Below, in pieces: positions 26,850 to 38,700 of a stretch of DNA of 64,000 nt. Under the pieces are notes generated by a model that did no database searches, was not told the origin of the DNA, and saw only the letters and a list, made by a program, of their open reading frames with translations. Every line of letters starts with the position of its first letter. The stretch's first letter is position 1. Source of the stretch: Phyllobates terribilis. Its lineage: Eukaryota. The stretch is from NCBI RefSeq assembly GCF_046119375.1, contig NW_027362772.1, forward strand, positions 47,430,001 through 47,494,000, given 5' to 3'. A program made the position numbers and the translations under genes.

Positions 26850-29800
26850 TAGTGTTGAGCCACCCCCGTAGTGTTCGGGTTCGGTTCGGTTCGTCGAACA
26901 CCGGGATGTTCGAGGAACTGTTCGTCGAACTGTTCGTCGAACACCTTAGAACACCGTCGAACACCGTTAAAACCAATGGCAGGCAAACAAAAACAAATAG
27001 AAACACATAGAAAACACCTGCAAAGGTGTCCAAAAGCTGACAAACTGCTCAGAAGACACTCTCTTTAAAAAAGCCGGCCGGCAAATTCAGCAGCGGCATA
27101 CACCGGTACCCGACAATTTAGACAGGAAGGAATAGAGCATCACACATAGATTAGATAGATAGAAACATGTCAGTCATACATATAAGAAGCACAGTGACAG
27201 TGTTGGTTACTGCACTTGTCATTTAGTGTAAAGGATTTATTAAAAAAAATATTAGTGTTTTCATGCACCGTCTCTTTAAAAAAGCCGGCCGGCAATTCAG
27301 CATCGGTACCCCACAATTTAGAACAGAAAGAATAGAGCTTCACACATAGATTAGATAGATAGAAACATGTCAGTCACATATATAATAAGTACAGTGATAG
27401 TGTTGCTTACTGTACTTGTCATTTAGTGTAAAGGATTTATTTAAAAAAATAATAGTGTTTTCATGCACTGTCTCTTTAAAAAAGCCGGCCGGCAATTCAG
27501 CAGCGGTACCCGACAATTTAGAACAGAAAGATAGAGCATCACACATAGATTAGATAGATAGAAACATGTCAGTCACATATATATGAAGTACAGTGATAGT
27601 GTTGGTTACTGTACTTGTCATTTAGTATTAAAATAAAGGATTTATTATTAAAAAAATTGGCGTGGGGTTCCCCTTAATTTTAGGCTCTAGCGGAGGTTAA
27701 GCAGACGGCTGGGGCAGATGTTTGAAGCCTGGGAAGGGGGTAATACCCACGGAGCTTCCCAGGCTACTAATATCAGCCCCCAGCTGAATACATAGCCTTT
27801 ACTAGCTATTAAAATGGGGGACCCCCCAAAAAAAATGACGTGGGGTCCCCCCTAATTTAATAGCTAGCAAAGGCTAGGCAGACAGCTGGGGGCTGATATT
27901 AATAGCCCAGGAAGGGAGCCATGAATATTGGCCCCCTCCCAGGCTAGAAACACCAGCCGTCAGCCGCCCCAGAAATGGCGCATTCATAGGATGCGCCAAT
28001 TCTGGCACTTAGCCTCGCTCTTCCACGCTGCCCTGGTGCGGTGGCAGGGGGTAATAGGGTTGGGGTTGATGTCAGCTTATAATGCCAGCTGACATCAAGC
28101 CCAGGTTAGTAATGGAGAGGCGTCTATAAGACACCCCCATTACTAACCCCATAGTCAAAGTTAAAAAAAACACAAACACCCAGAATAAAGTCCTTTAATT
28201 GAAATAAAGACACAATCCTTTATTGTTCTAAATTAAACCATACTTACCATCACGCCCATTCCAGCTGAAGCCAACGATCTCCTGCAATAAAAGAAAAATA
28301 ATAAAGCAACCTCATCCTTACCTTTCCATGGTTCCCACGACAGCTTCAGCTCTGCTACATCGAGATGACAGGCTGGACCGCAGCAGAACGCTGCCATCCA
28401 GCCTGTCATCCCGCAGACACTGAGAAGCGCAGGCTTGCTTGCGCTGCTCAGCGTCTCTCTGTGACGACATCCAGATGAGCCGAGTTCATGTCCAATGAAC
28501 TCGGCTCACCTCATGCACGTCACTGACAGCGTGGGAAAATTCTCACGCTGAAGCGCTGATTGCAGGAGAATTTTCCCACGCTGTCAGTGACGTGCAGGAG
28601 GTGAGCTGAGTTCATTGGACATGAGCCCACCTCATGCACATCACTGACAGCGTGGGAGAATTCTCCTGCACTCAGCACTTCAGCGTGAGAATTTTCCCAC
28701 GCTGTCAGTGACGTGCATGAGGTGAGCCGAGTTCATTGGACATGACCTCGGCTCATCTGGATGCCGTCACAGCGAGACAGTGAGGAGCGCAAGCATGCCT
28801 GCGCTTCTCAGTGTCTGCGGGATGACAGACTGGATGGCAGCGTTCTGCTGCGGTCCAGCCAGTCATCTCGATGTAGCAGAGCTGAAGCTGTCGTGGGAAC
28901 CATGGAAAGGTAAGGATGAGGTTGGTTTATTATTTTTCTTTTATTGCAGGAGATCGTTGGCTTCAGCTGGAATGGGTGTGATGGTAAGTATGGTTTAATT
29001 TAGAACAATAAAGAATTGTGTCTTTATTTCAATTAAAGGACTTTATTCTGGGTGTTGTGTTTTTTTTAAATACTTTACTAGAAATTCATGGCGGTCATGT
29101 CTAATACTGGCGTGACCCCATGAATTTTGGGCTTGGGGCCAGCTGATAATACCAAGCTGGCCCTAACCCCTTTATTACCCAGTGAGCCACCGCACCAGGG
29201 CCCTGGATGAGTTGGGTACAGCGCCAGAAGATGGCGCTTCTATGAACGCGCCATTTTCCGGGGTGGCTGCGGACTGCAATTTGTAGCGGGGGGGGGCCCA
29301 GAAAGCTTGGGCCTCCCTGCGCTGCAGATTCCAGCCCCCAGCTGCCTAGTTGTACCTGGCTGGACACAAAAATAGGGCGAAGCCCCACGTACTTTTTTTT
29401 TAATTATTTCATGAAATTCATGAAATAATTAAGAAAAAAAGGCCTTCCCTATATTGTTGTGTCCGGCCAGGTACAAATAGGCAGCTGGTGGTTGGGGGCA
29501 GCCCGTTCCTGCCTGCTGTACCTGGCTGGACACAAATATAGTGCGAAGCCCCACTTCAATTTTTTTTAATTATTTCATGAAATTCATGAAATAATTAAGA
29601 AAAAAAGGGCTTCCCTATATTGTTGTGTCCGGCCAGGTACAAATAGGCAGCTGGTGGATGGGGGCAGCCCGTTCCTGCCTGCTGTACCTGGCTGGACCCA
29701 AATATAGTGCGAAGCCCCACTTCAATTTTTTTAAATTATTTCAGGAAATTCATGAAATAATTTAAAAAAAATTGACGTGGGGCTTCGCACTATATTTGTG

Positions 29801-32526
29801 TCCAGCCAGGTACAGCAGGCAGGAACGGGCTGCCCCCAACCACCAGCTGCCTATTTGTACCTGGCCGGACACAACAATATAGGGAAGCCCTTTTTTTCTT
29901 AATTATTTCATGAAATAATTTAAAGAAAATTGACGTGGGGCTTCGCCCTGTTTTTGTGTCCAGCCAGGTACAACTAGGCAGCTGGGGGCTGGAATCCGCA
30001 GCGCAGGGAGGCCCAAGCTTTCTGGGCCACCCCCGCTGCAAATTGCAGTCCGCAGCTACCCCGGAAAATGGCGCGTTCATAGAAGCGCCATCTTCTGGCG
30101 CTGTACCCAACTCATCCAGGGCCCTGATGCGGTGGCTCACTGGGTAATAAAGGGGTTAGGGCCAGCTTGGCATTATCAGCTGGCCCTAAGCCCAAAATTC
30201 ATGGGGTCACGCCAATATTAGACATGACCACCATGAATTTCTAGTAAAGTATTTAAAAAAAACACAACACCCAGTAAAAAGTCCTTTAATTGAAATAAAC
30301 ACACAATTCTTTATTGTTCTAAATTAAACCATACTTACCATCACGCCCATTCCAGCTGAAGCCAACGATCTCCTGAAATAAAAGAAAAATAATAAAGCAA
30401 CATCATCCTTACCTTTCCATGGTTCCCATGACAGCTTCAGCTCTGCTACATCGAGATGACAGGCTGGACCGCAGCAGAACGCTGCCATCCAGCCTGTCAT
30501 CCCGCAGACACTGAGAAGCGCAGGCTTGCTTGCGCTCCACAGTGTCTCTCTGTGAGGGCATCCAGATGAGCCGAGTTAATGTCCAATGAACTCGGCTCAC
30601 CTCATGCACGTCACTGACAGCGTGGGAAAATTCTCCTGCACTCAGCGCTTCAGCGTGGGAGAATTCTCACACTGAAGCGCTGAGTGCAGGAGAATTCTCC
30701 CACGCTGTCAGTGACGTGCAGGAGGTGAGCTGAGTTCATTGGACATGAGCTCACCTTATGCACGTCACTGACAGCGTGGGAAAATTCTCCTGCACTCAGC
30801 GCTTCAGCGTGGGAGAATTCTCACGCTGAAGCGCTGAGTGCAGGAGAATTCTCCCACGCTGTCAGTGACGTGCAGGAGGTGAGCTGAGTTCATTGGACAT
30901 GAGCTCACCTTATGCACGTCACTGACAGCGTGGGAGAATTCTCCTGCACTCACCGCTTCAGCGTGAGAATTTTCCCACGCTGTCAGTGACATGCATGAGG
31001 TGAGCCGAGTTCATTGGACATGAACTCGGCTCATCTGGATGTCGTCACAGAGAGACGCTGAGCAGCGCAAGCAAGCCTGCGCTTCTCAGTGTCTGCGGGA
31101 TGAGAGGCTGGATGACAGCGTTTTGCTGCAGTCCAGCCTGTCATCTCGATGTACCAGAGCTGAAGCTGTCGTGGGAACCATGGAAAGGTAAGGATGAGGT
31201 TGCTTTATTATTTTTCTTTTATTGCAGGAGATCGTTGGCTTCAGCTGGAATGGGCGTGACGGTAATTATGGTTTAATTTAGAACAATAAAGGATTGTGTC
31301 TTTATTTCAATTAAAGGACTTTATTCTGGGTGTTTGTGTTTTTTTTAACTTTGACTATGGGGTTAGTAATGGGGGTGTCTTATAGACGCCTCTCCATTAC
31401 TAACCTGGGCTTGATGTCAGCTGGCATTATAAGCTGACATCAACCCCAACCCTATTACCCCCTGCCACCGCACCAGGGCAGCGTGGAAGAGCGAGGCTAA
31501 GTGCCAGAATTGGCGCATCCTATGAATGCGCCATTTCTGGGGCGGCTGACGGCTGGTGTTTCTAGCCTGGGAGGGGGCCAATATTCATGGCTCCCTTCCT
31601 GGGCTATTAATATCAGCCCCCAGCTGTCTGCCTAGCCTTTGCTAGCTATTAAATTAGGGGGGACCCCACGTCATTTTTTTTGGGGGGTCCCCCATTTTAA
31701 TAGCTAGTAAAGGCTATGTATTCAGCTGGGGGCTGATATTAGTAGCCTGGGAAGCTCCGTGGGTATTACCCCCTTCCCAGGCTTCAAACATCTGCCCCAG
31801 CCGTCTGCTTAACCTCCGCTAGAGACTAAAATTAAGGGGAACCCCACGCCAATTTTTTTAATAATAAATCCTTTATTTTAATACTAAATGACAAGTACAG
31901 TAACCAACACTATCACTGTACTTCATATATATGTGACTGACATGTTTCTATCTATCTAATCTATGTGTGAATCTCTATTCTGTCTGTTATAAATTGTCGG
32001 GTACAGATGCTGAATTGCCGGCCGGCTTTTTTAAAGAGACGGTGCATGAAAACACTATTATTTTTTTTGATAAATCCTTTACGCTAAATGACAAGTACAG
32101 TAAGCAGCACTTTCACTGTACTTCGTATATATGTGGCTGACATGTTTATATCTATCTAATCTATGTGTGAAGCTCTATTCTTTCGGTTCTAAATTGTCGG
32201 GTACCGGTGTATGCCGCTGCTGAATTGCCGGCTTTTCATGTTTCACTGTTGGCACTGTTCCCATCGATTTGGGCAATCACTGTAATGCCACAACCACCAT
32301 GGCTGTGGCATTACAGTGAGTGGCAGACAATCCCTGCATGATTGGTGCTCTAAATAGCGCCAGACATGCAGGACACGCTTTTGGTGCACGAACAGTTATC
32401 GAACATAACCTCGAACAGCCGAATTTTTTGCAAATCGTTCGGGTTCGTCGAACAACTCGAACACCGCCCAAAACAGCTCGAATTTGAGATTGACGAACAG
32501 TTCTAGTCAAACACCGCTCATCTCTA
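26850..32526 (-). mobile_element. Element B: 5677-bp non-autonomous hAT element, inverted relative to A
   Basis: Ends TAGTGTTGAGCC ... CCGCTCATCTCTA with perfect TSD GTCGTGAC (26842-26849 / 32527-32534). Approximately the reverse complement of 13779-19237. Confidence 0.9.
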
Positions 32527-32631
32527 GTCGTGACAGCTATGGTCTGCGTCTTTTTTAGCAGATATGCTTAATGGACTACAGATTTAAAGGGCAGGTGGGA
32601 TCAAATGATAAATAAAAAAATACAGCCTTAA

Positions 32632-33371
32632 GGCTTATTCACACTTCAATATTTGGTCAGTATTTTGCAATAGTGTTTGAAAGCCAAAACCAGAAGTGGA
32701 ACTTACAGAAAAACTGTAATTAAAAGATTAACACTTGTTCTGTGCTTTGGAGACAGTCTCCTTTTTGGCAAACAATCCTGATGTTGGTATAAGTGCAATG
32801 CACTACAAGAGTTGGGTACCGACCCGGTTGAGTGCACCTTGTCGCTGTGGGATGGCTTTTATGTTGTTAACCTTATGTTATTTACATGTATAATTACAAG
32901 GTACAGTATTTGCTCATTTTGCTTTTATCTTAGGTTCTGTATATTGAATGGCCATCGAGTGAATATACACCTATGCATTGCACATCAACATATGCTCTGG
33001 CTCACTTTTTTAGGTTTTGGTTTAGTTTTTTGTACTTTGTACATACAGGGCTCTCCCTTGTTGATCTTTCCAGGGGCAGGTGTCTGTAAAGTCAGAACCC
33101 GGTCCTTCTCTGCTGTTATCTATTTCTATGTCTGCTGACACATAGTGAGGTGAACTGTAAGAGTTAATTACCTTTTAGATTTGGGTACACCGTGTCGTGG
33201 TGGGATGGCTTTCACTTCCTTTTTTAAATCAAACCCTCGTTAGCTAAGTACCCTATGTTATGTACATGTCCTATTACTATTTATTTCTTACTACAGGGTT
33301 TTTGATCATTTTGTTCTTTTTTTAGGTTCCATATAAATACTGATCAAAAATACTGATGTGGGAATAAAGCT
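32632..33371. mobile_element. Possible decayed Harbinger-type MITE
   Basis: TAA|GGCTTATTCACAC ... GTGGGAATAAAGCT|TTA with weak TIR similarity. Confidence 0.35.
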
Positions 33372-33462
33372 TTAGACTGATGACAGGAGGAGTGTGACCT
33401 CTTCAAGATGTACGCTAAAGACTGTACTTATAAAACTCACTTAAAGTTGGATTAAAACCAAT

Positions 33463-33590
33463 NNNNNNNNNNNNNNNNNNNNNNNNNNNNNNNNNNNNNN
33501 NNNNNNNNNNNNNNNNNNNNNNNNNNNNNNNNNNNNNNNNNNNNNNNNNNNNNNNNNNNNNNNNNNNNNNNNNNNNNNNNNNNNNNNNNN
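33463..33590. other. Assembly gap (128 N)
   Basis: Run of n characters. Confidence 1.
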
Positions 33591-34217
33591 CGCAAATTGC
33601 TACTTACCATAAAGCCTTAAAGTGTTTCCTTACAAGCAAAAAAGTTCTACAACTTTCTAAAACTTTGTGATTCAATTCCTCCTCATTTTCAGGATCTATG
33701 TCTGCTGTCAATAAATGAAAACCCTCCTTTACACCCAGAGGCTGTGACCCCTGCACACTGCAGCTAATCCTGCTCTCAGCCGAGCAGTAGATGTCATTGT
33801 GTCCAGTGTAGACAGCGCCCTGTGCGATAATCAATAGCAGCTGCACAGAAGTATGTGTACAATGTATCCAAGTATGGAATCCAGGCTGTCTGTCTCACAT
33901 TGCCCAGACCGGATACAAGTGTAGCTACAAGGTGTGTGGAGTTGAAACATAAAGTTTTAAAACTTTTACCCCCATTATGCTTCATTACCAAACTAGAAAA
34001 CCTCTTTACATTGGTCACAAATAATAAATTGCAAAGGAGAAACCTGGGTTTGTCATCTGGCAGAATTCATTATCACAGCACTACGTGTTCTCTGTTACCT
34101 GCTACGTTGTTATTTGTAAACAGTTTAGTGACAAATTCCGCTCTGTTACATCCATCATTAACACTAAACCTGCTCCGTGATCACAGGTCACAATATCATC
34201 CTCTGTGCTGCTGGTAA

Positions 34218-34605
34218 GGCTATGTGCCCACGTTGCATTTATGAAGCAGAAAATTTCTGTTGCATAAATGCAAGTCCTCTCCCGGAAAAACGCATGCGGA
34301 ATTCCGCACGCGTTTATCGCGCATTTTTCGCGCGTTTATCACGCGTTTTCCACATGCGGAATTGCCTTGCGTTTTTTATGCATTGAACAAAGGCAATTCT
34401 GCTTGCGGAAACGCAAAATTAAATGACATGCTGCGGATTTTTGAACGCAGCATAAACGCTGCGGAAAAATCCGCAGCATGTGCATAGAACTTGCGGAATC
34501 CCATTGGGGACCATGGGGTGCGTGTTACCAAGCGTTTTTCAAGCGTTTACGCTGCAGAAATTCCGCATCAAAAACGCTTGAAAAATGCTACGTGGGCACA
34601 CAGCC
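34218..34605. mobile_element. PIF/Harbinger-type MITE
   Basis: TAA|GGCTATGTGCCCACG ... CGTGGGCACACAGCC|TGA. Same TIR type as 4812-6629. Confidence 0.7.
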
Positions 34606-35789
34606 TGAGGCTGTAATAACTGTACATTATAAAGCAGAATATTATACCCCTGGGTCGTATTCTCGCCCGCTCCGCAGACACTACTCATCCCCTGCATGAT
34701 ACATGGTTTACACTTTGGTTACTTACTTGATTGTCTCCAGGATCGGCTTCTTGCTTTTACTTTTGAGGTTCTTCACTATCTAAAAATATTCTCCAGATAG
34801 GTGTGAAATTTATAGGAGTTCGGCTGTGACATCAGTTGTTACATCAGATCCAGAGTCAGCGAAAAACTTACTGTCAAGAGGAAATCCTTTTTTCCCTTAA
34901 CCCTTTAAGCGCTAAGCCAGTGTTAGCACTAAGGATCTTTTTTCCTTTGTTTCTGCTTGATATTAGCAATCATAGTGTTATTTTTTTAATATCTACTTAC
35001 CTGGGGTGTTTTTTTTTTGCTTGTTCCTTTGTTTATTTTAAAGAGATGAACTGTAAATATTTTAGAAATTATTTGGGGGTACATGTAAGGTACCGTTTTC
35101 GTTACATTCATTTTTCAGAATGGCGGAATATATAAAAATGCTATTCCGCTGCTGTAGTTTTTTTGTTACTTTTTTCAATTTTAACCACTTTTATGTTTGT
35201 CATTAGAAGTGTAATGATCATGGTCGCAGAGATGGTGACCCGTAGACGCCAGTGCCTATTTCAGCTGGATATGCGTTGGCGCAGAGACCCACAGGGAGAC
35301 GCAGCTGACGTCGGTTTGCCAGTCACAGGAGGAACATAGCAATGATGTCATGCATTGCCCATAGCAGGGACGCCGAAGACAGCTGCCGGTCCTTAAATCG
35401 GGGTAGGTGAGAACAATGTTTTTTTAAAAAAAAAAAAAAATGTGTTAGAGAATAGTGGCAAAACAAGGAGCGTTATTATAGAATGGGCCAAAGAGCTGGG
35501 ACATTATACCGGGAAGGGGCCCAGGATGGGGGACATATATTACTGAGATAGATGGTGGCCCGATTCTAACGCATCGGGTATTCTAGAATATGTATGCAGC
35601 CGACCGGGCGCGACTAATCAGCGAAGCAGTATTTAAATGGGTTGTACACTACTTTAAATTAACCCCCCAATGTATCCCCCTGGGGCCCCTAATGAATTTT
35701 GGAGGACAGGGGAGCAAGGCCGCCGGTCTGGGTACTTCTGCTGCGAGCAGCGGGGAGATGACCGGCTAGCACTGGGTGACTGTGTGCGG

Positions 35790-38700
35790 GAGATGACCGG
35801 CTAGCACAGGGTGAGCGGGTGAGCAGGTGAGGGTGTGCATGTGAGGGTGAGCGTGTGGAGGTGTGCGAGTGAGCGTGTGATGGTAAGCGTGTGAGCATGT
35901 GAGGGTGACCGTGTGAGGGTGAGCGTGTGCGGGTGTGAGGGTGAGCGTGTGAGGGTGAGCATGTGAGGGTGAGTGTGAGCATGTGAGGGTGTGCGTGTGA
36001 GAGTGTGCGTCTGAGGGTGAGCGTGTGAGGGTGAGCGTATGGGGGTGAGCATGTGAGGGTGAGCGTGTGAGGGTGAGTGTGAGCGTGTGAGAGTGAGTTT
36101 GAGCGTGTGTGGGTGTGAGTGTGAGAGGGTGAGCGTGTGAGGGTGAGAGTGTATGGGTGAGCGTGTGAGGGTGAGCGGGTGAGGGTGAGCATGTGAGAGT
36201 GTAAGCGTCTGTGGGTGTGCATGTGAGCATGTGAGGGTGAGCGTGTGAAAGTGAGTGTGTGAGGGTGAGAGTGTCTGAGGGTGTGCGTGTGAGGGGGTGA
36301 GGGTGAGCGTGTGAGGGTGAGTGTGTGAGGGTGTGAGCGTCTGAGGGTGTGCATGTGAGCGGGTGAGGGTGAGCGTGTGAAGGTGAGTGGGAGAGCGTGA
36401 GAGGGTGAGCGTGTGAGGCTGTGCGTGTGAGGGTATGCGTGTGAGGGTGTGCATGTGAGGGTGTGCATGTGAGGGTGTGCGTGTGAGGGTGTGCTTGTGA
36501 TGGTGAGCGTGTGAGGGTGTGCGTGTGAGGGTAAGCATGTGAGGATGAGCGTGAGCGTGTGAGAGTGAGGGTGTGAGTGTGAGAGGGTGAGCGTGTGAGC
36601 GTGAGCGTGTGAGTGTGAGGGTGAGGGTGTGCGTGTGAGAGTGTGCGTGTGAGGGTGTGCGTGTGAGGGTGAGCGTAGGAGCGTGTGAGGGTGAGCGTGG
36701 GAGCATGTGAGGGTGAGCATCTGAGGGTGAGCATCTGAGGGTGAGCGTCTGAGCGTGAGCGTCTGAGGGTGAGTGTCTGAGGGTGAGAGTGTGCGGTTGA
36801 GGGTGTGCTTGTGAGGGTGTGAGCATGTGAGGGTGAGCATGGGAGCGTGTGAGGGTGAGCGTGTGCGGGTGTGAGCGTCTGAGGGTGTGCATGTGAGCGG
36901 GTGAGGGTGAGCGTGTGAGGGTGAGTGGGAGAGCGTGAGAGGGTGAGCGTGAGAGGGTGAGCGTGTGAGGCTGTGCGTGTGAGGGTATGCGTGTGAGGGT
37001 GTGCATGTGAGGGTGTGAGGGTGTGCGTGTGAGGGTAAGCATGTGAGGGTGTGCGTGTGAGGGTGAGGGTGTGCGTGTGAGGGTGAGCATGTGAGGGTGT
37101 GTGTGTGAGGGTAAGCATGTGAGGGTGAGCGTGTGCGTGTGAGAGTGAGGGTGTGAGTGTGAGAGGGTGAGCGTGTGAGGGTGAGCATGTGAGGGTGAGC
37201 ATGTGAGGGTGAGGGTGGGAGCATGTGAGGGTGAGCGTCTGAGGGTGAGCATCTGAGGGTGAGCATCTGAGGGTGAGCGTCTGAGGGTGAGCGTCTGAGG
37301 GTGAGGGTGTGCGGTTGAGGGTGTGCGTGTGAGGGTGTGAGCGTGTGAGTGTGAGCATGTGAGGGTGAGCATGGGAGCATCTGAGGGTGAGCGTGTGAGG
37401 GTGTGAGCATGTGAGGGTGAGCATGGGAGCGTGTGAGGGTGAGCGTGGGAGCGTGTGAGGGTGAGCGTGGGAGGGTGAGCATGTGAGGGTGAGGGTGAGT
37501 CTGTGAGGGTGATCGTATGAGGGTGAGCGTGTGAGAGTGAGGATGTGCATGTGAGGGTGTGAGCGTCTGAGGGTGTGCGTGTGAGCGGGTGAGGGTGAGC
37601 GTGTGAGGGTGAGTGGGAGAGCGTGAGAGGGTGAGCGTGAGAGGGTGAGCGTGTGAGGCTGTGCGTGTGAGGGTATGCGTGTGAGGGTGTGCATGTGAGG
37701 GTGTGAGGGTGTGCGTGTGACGGTAAGCATGTGAGGGTGTGCGTGTGAGGGTGAGCATGTGAGGGTGTGCGTGAGAGGGTAAGCATGTGAGGGTGAGCGT
37801 GTGCGTGTGAGAGTGAGGGTGTGAGTGTGAGAGGGTGAGCGTGTGAGGGTGAGCATGTGAGGGTGAGCGTGTGAGGGTGAGGGTGAGCGTGTGAGGGTGT
37901 GCGTGTGAGGGTGTGCGTGTGAGGGTGAGCGTAGGAGCGTGTGAGGGTGAGCGTGGGAGCATGTGAGGGTGAGCGTCTGAGGGTGAGCATCTGAGGGTGA
38001 GCATCTGAGGGTGAGCGTCTGAGGGTGAGGGTGTGCGGTTGAGGGTGTGCGTGTGAGGATGTGAGCGTGTGAGGGTGAGCATGTGAGGGTGAGCATGGGA
38101 GCATCTGAGGGTGAGCGTGTGAGGGTGTGAGCATGTGAGGGTGAGCATGGGAGCGTGTGAGGGTGAGCGTGGGAGCGTGTGAGGGTGAGCGTGGGAGGGT
38201 GAGCATGTGAGGGTGAGGGTGAGTCTGTGAGGGTGATCGTATGAGGGTGAGCGTGTGAGAGTGAGGATGTGCGTGTGAGGGTGTGAGCGTCTGAGGGTGT
38301 GCGTGTGAGAGTGAGAGTGTGAGGGTGAGTGTGAGAGGGTGAGCTTGAGAGGGTGTGCGTGAGAGGGTGAGCGTGTGAAGATGAGAGTGTGAAGGTGAGC
38401 GTGTGAGGGTGAGCGTGTGAGGGTGAGCGTATGAGGGTGTGCGCGTGAGGGTGTGCATGTGAGGGTGTGCGTGTGAGGGTGAGCATGTGAAGGTGAGCGT
38501 GTGAGGGTGAGGGTGAGCGTGTGAGGGTGTGCGTGTGAGGGTGTGCGTGTGAGGGTGAGCGTAGGAGCGTGTGAGGGTGAGCGTGGGAGCATGTGAGGGT
38601 GAGCGTCTGAGGGTGAGCATCTGAGGGTGAGCGTCTGAGGGTGAGCGTCTGAGGGTGAGGGTGAGCATGGGAGCATCTGAGGGTGAGCATGTGAGGGTGT

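Noticed and set aside
15004-30609. Recurrent 60-116 aa ORFs (MRSASMP..., MSHRIRAL..., MGLRP..., MSAFGHL...) found in several identical copies
   Set aside because: The recurrence follows the duplicated and inverted transposon arms. There are no recognisable domains, and ORFs overlap on both strands.
34895-35420. piggyBac-like element starting TTAA|CCCTTT
   Set aside because: No matching right terminus with TTAA was found.
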